15,315 nt of DNA, from positions 1-15,315 of the forward strand of contig JASFYY010000148.1 of the NCBI GenBank assembly GCA_045046875.1, read 5' to 3'. Position numbers and translations under genes: made by a program. The DNA comes from Verrucomicrobiota bacterium (GTDB lineage: Bacteria; Verrucomicrobiota; Verrucomicrobiia; Verrucomicrobiales; DEV007). The notes beneath the pieces are model-generated. The model saw nothing but the letters and a program-made list of their open reading frames with translations, was not told the DNA's origin and made no database searches. Position 1 is the first letter of the stretch. Every line of letters begins with the position of its first letter. Positions 1 to 6,803 of this stretch are shown one piece after another.

Positions 1-1
1 G

Positions 2-3000
2 GGTGAGGATGAGCAGGAAGATCCTTATTTTATTCTGCCGGCGGATCCGAGTCAGCAACGTGCGGTGCTGGATGCACGGGATAATGAAGGGGTGGCGATT
101 CAAGGGCCGCCGGGAACGGGCAAGAGTCAGACGATTGTTAATATTCTTGCGGATTGCATCGGGCGGGGAGAAAAAGTTCTGGTGGTTTGTCAGAAACACG
201 CGGCGCTGGAAGTGGTGGCACGGCGGATGGCTGAAGAGGGGTTGGGGGATCGTTTTTTCATGATCGAAGATGCTAAGCGCAGTCGTCGTCCCTTGATCAA
301 GGCACTGCGCAGTCAGACCGAAGCGAGCGCGTTGTGGCGTTCGGATGATGGCGATGACTCCCGCGCTGAAATTGCCAAGCGCATTGCCCAGCTCGAAGCT
401 GAACTTTGCGCCAGTGCGGATGCTATTCAGAATGAAGTGAAGCCGAGTCGATTGACTTACGCACAGATCGTTGATCGTTTGATCGAGTCGCAAGAGGGAT
501 CACGGATCAGTGCTTTTCAATTACGTGAATCATTTGAGCAAATTTCTAATGAAGAAGTGGATTCTTTAGCTGAAATGGTGAAGGGGCTTGCGGTTTTATG
601 GTTGCGGTCGAATTTTTCCGCCAGCCCGTGGGAGGGTTTGGCTGACTTCTCACCTGATCCGGCGGCGCTGTTGGAATTCCGTGAGAATTTCCAGGGTTTT
701 GCCGCAGCGGAACAGGCACGTGGTGTTTTTGCTGATGAGGTGAATGAGATTTTCTTAATTGCCGATGCTGCGGAGATGAATGAGTGGCTGGAAGGTAATC
801 GTCTCGACTTGTTGGAAATGTCAGATCAGCAGGTGAGGGATATTTACCGATGGAGGGCGCTTTTTGATCGTGGTGATAAAGGGCAGGTGACGATTTTGCA
901 GGGAGACTTGCAGCAGTTGCAGCATGATGCTTTGGCTGTAGGATCAAGCCCGCGGCAACATGACCTTGGCGCGCCCCTGGGGTTGTTGAAGGGGAAGTCG
1001 TTCCGTGTTTTGGTGAAATCCAGTCGGCGGGTTCGGACGGCCGCACAGAGTTTTTTCAAACGGATCTGGCCGGGTTTCTTTTTTGCCAAACGGGTCTTGG
1101 CGAAGTTTTATGACGAACATAGCGATTATGAATCGGATCAGGATGGAGACGATGTTTTGTCTGCTTTGCATCAGCAAATTGATTGGGAAATCACACGCCG
1201 CGCTTTGCTGGTCAGGTTGCGTGAAGTAGAATCGAGCTTGGGAGAAAGTCAGGATAACCGCGGGCGGGAGTCACTTTCTCCGAATCAAATTGCAGATCAA
1301 GCCAAGGGGTTCCGTAAGCGCCTAGTGGTGGCAGAAGCCAGTGCTGTTTATTGTTTGAATTGTCCGGTGGCGGAGATTTTTGAAAAGGTGCTCAGTCAAG
1401 GCCGTTCCACTGCGGTGGGGGATTTTATTGAAGCCGCCGAGATCAGTCTCAAGTATGCGGCGACGCAGCAGCTGAGTTTGGATAAGTTGCAGGAACTGAG
1501 TCAATGGTTTGATGGTCAGTGGGTAGAAAACAAGCGCTTGCAGATTCAACAATCGGAGGAAGGTCTTGAGGAATTGGAGGCCATGCGCTCAGAAATCGAC
1601 AAGGTTGCGGATTATATTCAGTTCAGGGCGAGGCATCGCGACCTGCCGGACAAGGTGAAAGAACTATTTCAATTGCTCGAAGAATATCGCGAAGAGGTGG
1701 CGGCTCATGCTGGAGAGGGGATGGCCGATTTGTTGGAAAATACGATCAAGCGGGAAGCTTTGTTGGCTTGGAAAGGCTTGGCTGAGTCTAGGCATCCCGC
1801 GTTGTTGATGAATGCCTCCGAGTTCGAAGCCAAGGTGGAATCCTTGCGCCGGGCGGTGAAATCGATGCGCCAGTCCACGGCGGAAACACTCAAGCGGCCG
1901 TGGCAAATGAGTTTCATAGCCAATGCCACGCGTTGGCTTGAAATCCTTAAACTTACCGGAGCCAACGCACGGCGTTTGCGGGAGGTTTTTGATCAGGGCA
2001 TCGAGCGCGGTTTGTTTAATTTGCGTCCAGTGTGGTTGGCTAGTCCAGAGACGGTGTCGCGGGTGTTTCCTTTGCGGGAGAACTTATTTGATGTGGTTAT
2101 TTTTGATGAAGCATCGCAGATGCCGGTTGAGTTGGCGGTGCCTGCTCTCTATCGAGCACGGCGGGCGGTGATCAGTGGGGATGAAAAACAGCTTCCTCCG
2201 ACCAACTTTTTTCGCTCGAGCTTTGATGATGCCGACGAGGACGATCCTGATGAAGCGATGATTGAAAGCGGCGCTTTTCTTGATACGGATCTCGATGAAG
2301 ATACCCGCCGTCGTCTCGCTCGTAAGGCTACTCGCAGAGAGGTCAAGGATTGTTCGGATTTGTTGCAGTTGGCTAAGGATGAAATGCCGAACAGTTTGCT
2401 GTCCATTCACTATCGTTCGCGTTGGCGACATCTGATTGCTTTTTCGAATCACGCTTTTTATGAAGGGCGTCTGAGTATTCCTGTGCATCACCCGGACGGG
2501 CGTATCAGGGAACATCAACCGCTTGAGTTGCGGCAGGTGAATGGTTTGTATGAAAAACAGACCAATCAGGGTGAAGCGGAAGCTGTTATTGATTTTCTGG
2601 CAGAACATTGGTCTCAGCCTGATCCGCCGAGTGTGGGCATTGTGACTTTTAATATGAAGCAGGCTGAGTTGATTCAGGATGAAATCGAGGCGCGAATGGA
2701 AACAGATGAAGTATTTCGCAGGAACTGTGAACGTGAGAATGGGCGGTCTCAATTGGATGCTTATTTTGTCCGCAATCTGGAAAACGTGCAAGGTGATGAG
2801 CGTGATGTGATTGTATTTTCGACCACCTTTGGTCCGGATGCCAAAGGGCGTTTCATTCGCAATTTTGGCCCGGCTAGTCAGCGAGGCGGCGAGAGGCGTC
2901 TTAATGTGGCGGTTACCCGCAGCCGTGAGAAGATGATTATTTTCACTTCGATGCCGATTGCAGATGTGGCTGAGGGTTTGCCGGGGGAGGGGGAGAGTCC

Positions 3001-3460
3001 TCGGGAGGTTTTAAAAGCCTACCTTTCGTTTGCGCAAACGGTGTCGCAGGGAGATTTTAAAAATGCGGATGCGATTTTGAACCGGGCACGGGGACGGCAG
3101 CAGCGAGCGCATGACCGTTCGGCTTTTGATCGGGCGCCCGAACAGCGGGCTTTTGTTCGCGAGGTGGTGAAGTTTTTGCGTGAGCAGGGCTTTGAGCCGG
3201 AAGCGGGGCTTGATCCCGGGGATGCGTTTCATTTTGATCTTGCTCTGATTGATCCTAAAAACGGGCGTTACGGTCTGGCGATTGAATGTGATCCTCCTTT
3301 GCACCGGGATTTGGATTCGGCGCAAGCGAGAGAGATTTGGAGACCGGATACGATGGCGGGCACGATCCCGCAGGTGATCCGGTTGTCGTCGCGGGCTTGG
3401 TTGGATGATCTGGAGAGTGAGAAAAAACGGCTGTTGAAGGCGGCGAAGGGGTTGCGATGA
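2..3460 (+). CDS. Upf1/Dna2-like superfamily 1 helicase (AAA_11/AAA_12) with C-terminal Vsr/DUF559/MTES_1575-like restriction-endonuclease-fold domain; 5'-partial
   Basis: The frame is open from base 2 (GEDEQEDPYFILPADPSQQRAVLD...), so the GTG at 65 is not the true start. Helicase motifs: Q motif ADPSQ, Walker A GPPGTGKS (104-127), VLVVCQKHAAL, Walker B FDEASQ (DEASQ 2105-2119), GDEKQLPP, HYRS, ENVQGDERD, RRLNVAVTRSR. Nuclease-like C-terminus FDLAL...LAIECD...H...RLSSRAW (~3140-3457). Stop TGA 3458-3460. Confidence 0.93.
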   Translation, partial: GEDEQEDPYFILPADPSQQRAVLDARDNEGVAIQGPPGTGKSQTIVNILADCIGRGEKVLVVCQKHAALEVVARRMAEEGLGDRFFMIEDAKRSRRPLIKALRSQTEASALWRSDDGDDSRAEIAKRIAQLEAELCASADAIQNEVKPSRLTYAQIVDRLIESQEGSRISAFQLRESFEQISNEEVDSLAEMVKGLAVLWLRSNFSASPWEGLADFSPDPAALLEFRENFQGFAAAEQARGVFADEVNEIFLIADAAEMNEWLEGNRLDLLEMSDQQVRDIYRWRALFDRGDKGQVTILQGDLQQLQHDALAVGSSPRQHDLGAPLGLLKGKSFRVLVKSSRRVRTAAQSFFKRIWPGFFFAKRVLAKFYDEHSDYESDQDGDDVLSALHQQIDWEITRRALLVRLREVESSLGESQDNRGRESLSPNQIADQAKGFRKRLVVAEASAVYCLNCPVAEIFEKVLSQGRSTAVGDFIEAAEISLKYAATQQLSLDKLQELSQWFDGQWVENKRLQIQQSEEGLEELEAMRSEIDKVADYIQFRARHRDLPDKVKELFQLLEEYREEVAAHAGEGMADLLENTIKREALLAWKGLAESRHPALLMNASEFEAKVESLRRAVKSMRQSTAETLKRPWQMSFIANATRWLEILKLTGANARRLREVFDQGIERGLFNLRPVWLASPETVSRVFPLRENLFDVVIFDEASQMPVELAVPALYRARRAVISGDEKQLPPTNFFRSSFDDADEDDPDEAMIESGAFLDTDLDEDTRRRLARKATRREVKDCSDLLQLAKDEMPNSLLSIHYRSRWRHLIAFSNHAFYEGRLSIPVHHPDGRIREHQPLELRQVNGLYEKQTNQGEAEAVIDFLAEHWSQPDPPSVGIVTFNMKQAELIQDEIEARMETDEVFRRNCERENGRSQLDAYFVRNLENVQGDERDVIVFSTTFGPDAKGRFIRNFGPASQRGGERRLNVAVTRSREKMIIFTSMPIADVAEGLPGEGESPREVLKAYLSFAQTVSQGDFKNADAILNRARGRQQRAHDRSAFDRAPEQRAFVREVVKFLREQGFEPEAGLDPGDAFHFDLALIDPKNGRYGLAIECDPPLHRDLDSAQAREIWRPDTMAGTIPQVIRLSSRAWLDDLESEKKRLLKAAKGLR

Positions 3461-3470
3461 TGGGGTTATG

Positions 3471-3533
3471 TTTTTAACCACGAAAACCACGAAAGGATGA
3501 TTTTTACCGCGGATTTCGCGGATGAACGCGGAT
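3471..3533 (+). repeat. Two adjacent short tandem-repeat units: TTTTT-(AACCACGAA)x2 and TTTTTAC-(CGCGGAT)x3
   Basis: AACCACGAA at 3476-3484 and 3485-3493. CGCGGAT at 3508-3514, 3517-3523 and 3527-3533. Each block is preceded by a T5 run (3471 and 3501, 30 bp apart). Confidence 0.75.
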
Positions 3534-3609
3534 AAGATAAGAAAGAGAATGAGGATGTGGAGAATAAGGTAGGATGAAGATTTTTTAATTTTGAGTTTAA
3601 TTTTTTAAT

Positions 3610-4962
3610 ATGAGTGGTCCGAAAATTATTGATGTGGTGGCAGCCCGGCAGGTGGAGCGTGGTAGGATTGCGGTTTTTTGTGCGCGACTTGATGTGGCTT
3701 TGATGTTTCACCAGAAGATATCTGAGCAGAGTGGTCTGACTTCGGGGGTGGATGTGGGTTTGGCTGATAAAATTAGGCAGGCGGCGGCAGATCAGGAGGC
3801 TACGGTTTTTGACTTGATAGCGCTTCGGGATCAAAGTGCGGCCCAGATAACTTTTGTGAAGAGTGAAACTTTGCGATTGAAAGAAACAGCGATTGAAAAT
3901 GTTTCGCGTTCGAGGACGGCTGTTTATGCGCTTGATGCCGGTATTAAGAGGGCGATGGCTCGAACTGGTGATGCGGATGTGCGGCAGCGCTTGGTAGCAG
4001 CTCAAGAGGCAAAGGGAATTAATCAGAAGGCAGGTCTGTATGAGGCGGCTTTGGAATTGATGGAGGCGCAGCAGGAGGATGAAGGTAACTCGGCCATCCG
4101 TGAGTGGCTTGCGCAAATTGAGGTTAGTGGGGGGGGGGCTGTAGCCACTGCGGAATTGCCTGAGCGGCATCCTCAGCGCTGGCGTTTGGAGGTCGAGCGT
4201 ATTCGGGCGGAAGTGGATTTTCTGGAAGGATCTGCGGCTGATGAGGTGGCACAGATTCAAGCGTCGCTGGCTCGGATCGAAGCGGAAGCTGATGAGGGGA
4301 AACGGGCGCGGCTGTTGGATGACTTGCGTTACCCTTTGGCTGAACAAGTTCGTCAGGCACGTGAGTCGGCGAAGCGTGAACAACAGGTGGAGGAGTGGTT
4401 GCAGGCTCTGGCGGTTCACGCTGATTATCTTGATCTAGCTGATTGGGAAAAGCGCTTTGAGCAGGGGGATGGGATTCGGGCGGTGGAAGTTGAAGAGGCT
4501 ATAGAAGAAGCGAATGCGGCGGCGGCGGCGGCTGTGGCTCGGCGTGAGGTGTTGACCGCGCTTCAGTCGGTCGGCTACGAGTTGCGGTCGGGTATGGAGA
4601 CTGCTTTTGTGCGTGATGGCAAGATAGTGGTTCGCAAGCCCAATGACGGGGATTACGGAGTGGAATTGAGCACGCTGCCTCAAGGCGGGGTGAATTTGAT
4701 TCGCACTAGGGTGGTTCGCCTTCGTGGGCATGAAGCACAGACCGCGGATGAGCGTCTGCGTGATAAAGAGCGGGAAGAGTCCTGGTGCAGTGAGCGGGAA
4801 GGCATGGCAGAACGGTTGCTGCAGTCGGGTATCAAGTCTGAGATCAAAACAGCGCGGGAGGCGGGTGAAAGCGCGGTTCCAGTGGTAGAAGATGCGGGTG
4901 GGGAATCCGGACGCAGGGAGGCCGTGCGTGGAAGTGGCGAGATCAGCCGTGAGAAGACTTGA
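3610..4962 (+). CDS. Uncharacterised 450-aa helical/coiled-coil protein (MSGPK N-terminus, small alpha/beta C-terminal domain)
   Basis: Long ORF with ATG at 3610 after an AT-rich leader. G-rich codon style matches the upstream helicase. The body is Ala/Glu/Arg-rich and helical. The C-terminus is motif-rich: LQSVGYELRSGMETAF..DGKIVVRK..DYGVEL..RDKEREESWC. Confidence 0.88.
   Translation: MSGPKIIDVVAARQVERGRIAVFCARLDVALMFHQKISEQSGLTSGVDVGLADKIRQAAADQEATVFDLIALRDQSAAQITFVKSETLRLKETAIENVSRSRTAVYALDAGIKRAMARTGDADVRQRLVAAQEAKGINQKAGLYEAALELMEAQQEDEGNSAIREWLAQIEVSGGGAVATAELPERHPQRWRLEVERIRAEVDFLEGSAADEVAQIQASLARIEAEADEGKRARLLDDLRYPLAEQVRQARESAKREQQVEEWLQALAVHADYLDLADWEKRFEQGDGIRAVEVEEAIEEANAAAAAAVARREVLTALQSVGYELRSGMETAFVRDGKIVVRKPNDGDYGVELSTLPQGGVNLIRTRVVRLRGHEAQTADERLRDKEREESWCSEREGMAERLLQSGIKSEIKTAREAGESAVPVVEDAGGESGRREAVRGSGEISREKT
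4129..4138 (+). repeat. G10 homopolymer tract inside the 3610..4962 CDS
   Basis: agt GGG GGG GGG Gct, encoding S-G-G-G-A; currently in frame. Confidence 0.9.
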
Positions 4963-5359
4963 AGGGTTTTAGTTACGTTGCTGAATCTAATGACAGGTTT
5001 CTGAAAAATTTATCAATCGGCGGAAAAAGGCAGCGTGAGTGCATCTTTGGGGTGATAAGAGCAGGCGCGCTGTTCACATTTGGCACAGTTTTTAAACTTG
5101 GCTCTGATGAGTTGAAAAATAGATAGTTATCAATAGAGTTGGGTTTTGGATATCTTGAATATGGGTAGTGAATTCCCATTGATGGGGGAGTGGTATTTAA
5201 CCGAGTTCTCAGCAGGGGTGAATTGAAGTGATTGAGTAACGGCTTGGGAGAGTAGTGATGGGATTACAAATTTTTCGTCCAGTCGCGCGGGAAATGCCAA
5301 GTTGCCCAACCCAGTCCCGATGCAATCTTGAACATCACGCGAAACCACGAAGAGCCCAA

Positions 5360-5365
5360 TATAAT
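5360..5365 (+). promoter_or_regulatory. Candidate sigma70-type -10 element (TATAAT) upstream of the FAD oxidoreductase
   Basis: Perfect TATAAT about 40 bp upstream of ATG 5405. No correctly spaced -35: TTGAAC at 5328-5333 is 26 bp away. Confidence 0.35.
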
Positions 5366-5404
5366 ATTCTGTTGAAAATACCAAGCTATCGGATACCTGT
5401 TTCT

Positions 5405-6799
5405 ATGAAATCAAGCAAGTTTGATCGCAGAAGTTTCCTCGGTAGGACGGTAGCAGGAACAGCTGTGATCGCATCTTCAGGACTGGTATCGCGTGTTGAT
5501 GCTGCTGTTACGCCAGAACCAGCGAAGGAGAGATCTGGTGAAAACGTCATCAAAGCCGATGTCCTCGTTGTCGGGGGTGGCTCAGCTGGCCATGTCGCGG
5601 CCATTCAGGCGGCACGTGCAGGAGCAAGCACGATCGTAGTTGAACGTAACAGTCAACTCGGAGGCACAACAACAACGGCAGGAGTCAGTTTCCCCGGGCT
5701 TTACCATGCTTGGGGTAAACAGATCATTGCTGGTATTGGCTGGGAATTAGTAACGGAAACGGTGAAACTAAATGGCGAGACATTGCCAGATTTTGCTCAA
5801 GTTCCTGACAAACATTGGAAACATCAGGTGTTTCTCAACGGCCAACTCTACGCTTTGCTCGCGGAAGATGCCTGCCTCGAAGCCGGGGTCTCTCTTGCTT
5901 ACTATCAATTCGTTCATAAACTTCGTAGCTCCGATGATGGATGGCTGGTCGATATCATGGGGCAAGGAGTGCAATACACCATTGCATGCAAGCAGATCAT
6001 CGACTGTACTGGCGGAGCCGAAGTTGTTGGTATGGCAGGTTTTGAGCGAGTCCGAAGTGATATCCGTCAGCCTGGAACTTTGATTTTTAAGATCGGGGGG
6101 ATTGATCGAAAAAAATTGAACAAAGCTGCCATCCAAAAAGAATATCAAAAAGCTATCGCTGACGGTCGTTTGATTAAAGGTGACTGTGCGAATGGAAATA
6201 TGCATTCATTTCTCATGGGCGGCGGCGAGAATAATAATCATATTTTCGGAGCAGATTCTGCCACTGCCGGCACCCAAACCCAGGCAAATTTGGCTGGACG
6301 GAAATCGCTGATGCGTTTATTAAAGTTCATTCGTAAGCTGCCGGGCGGGGAGAACGCCACCATTGAAAAAATGATGCAGGAAACCGGGATCCGTGAGACA
6401 TCACGGATTGTTGGTGAAACTACACTCACCGTAAACGACTACAAAAGCGGGCGAATGTTTGACGATGCCGTTTGTTATTCCTTCTATCCTATCGACGTGC
6501 ATGATGAACATGGAGTGAAACCCGAACCTCTGTCGCCAGACACATTTCCGACCATTCCACTGGGATCACTGATTCCGAAAGATAGCCGTAATATCATAGT
6601 CGCGGGACGTTGTCTGTCGAGTGATAGGCTGGCAAATTCGGCAGCGAGAGTTCAAGCCTCCTGCATGGCTATGGGGCAAGCGGCAGGCGCAACTGCGGCA
6701 CTGGCGGCAAAAAGAGGAGCCACTCCTTTGAATGTGCCAATCGCTGATATTCGTAATTTACTTCGCGAGCACAGTGCAATTATCCCTGGTGAGATCTAA
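5405..6799 (+). CDS. Tat-exported FAD-dependent oxidoreductase (FAD_oxidored/PF12831-like)
   Basis: Start reassigned to ATG 5405 (MKSSKFDRRSFLG...): twin-arginine motif, hydrophobic stretch and VDA-A cleavage-like site. Rossmann motif DVLVVGGGSAG...AARAG...VE...LGGT. Family motifs IDCTGGA, GIRETSRIVG, IPLGSLIP, NIIVAGRCLS, RVQASCMAMGQAAG. Stop TAA 6797-6799. Confidence 0.92.
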   Translation: MKSSKFDRRSFLGRTVAGTAVIASSGLVSRVDAAVTPEPAKERSGENVIKADVLVVGGGSAGHVAAIQAARAGASTIVVERNSQLGGTTTTAGVSFPGLYHAWGKQIIAGIGWELVTETVKLNGETLPDFAQVPDKHWKHQVFLNGQLYALLAEDACLEAGVSLAYYQFVHKLRSSDDGWLVDIMGQGVQYTIACKQIIDCTGGAEVVGMAGFERVRSDIRQPGTLIFKIGGIDRKKLNKAAIQKEYQKAIADGRLIKGDCANGNMHSFLMGGGENNNHIFGADSATAGTQTQANLAGRKSLMRLLKFIRKLPGGENATIEKMMQETGIRETSRIVGETTLTVNDYKSGRMFDDAVCYSFYPIDVHDEHGVKPEPLSPDTFPTIPLGSLIPKDSRNIIVAGRCLSSDRLANSAARVQASCMAMGQAAGATAALAAKRGATPLNVPIADIRNLLREHSAIIPGEI

Positions 6800-6803
6800 T
6801 GGT

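Noticed and set aside
65..67. GTG start given for the helicase
   Set aside because: The frame is open to the window edge and the conserved ADPSQ motif lies upstream of it, so the gene is 5'-truncated.
546..3490. Minus-strand and alternative-frame ORFs within the helicase (e.g. 546..1046, 2084..2791, 3011..3490)
   Set aside because: Shadow ORFs overlapping a motif-complete gene, with no family features.
3471..3533. Possible CRISPR array
   Set aside because: Units are 7-9 bp with 0-3 bp gaps; there are no 25-40 bp repeats with spacers and no cas genes.
3466..4419. 317-aa minus-strand ORF
   Set aside because: It is antisense to the 450-aa CDS and has no recognisable motifs; its C-terminus (SSAKSAVK..SWFSWLKT) is simply the translated intergenic repeats.
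4516..4532. (GCG)5 trinucleotide repeat as a phase-variation switch
   Set aside because: Slippage would keep the frame and only change poly-Ala length; the repeat is short.
4973..5384. Small minus-strand ORFs (68 aa, 84 aa) and ATGGG/CCCAT hairpins at 5161-5186
   Set aside because: The ORFs lie in AT-rich intergenic DNA and have no protein-like features. The 5-bp stems lack a U-tail and are too weak to call a terminator or ncRNA.
5255..5404. 50-aa N-terminal extension of the FAD oxidoreductase
   Set aside because: A Tat signal should be N-terminal; ATG 5405 fits that, and the extension covers a TATAAT element.
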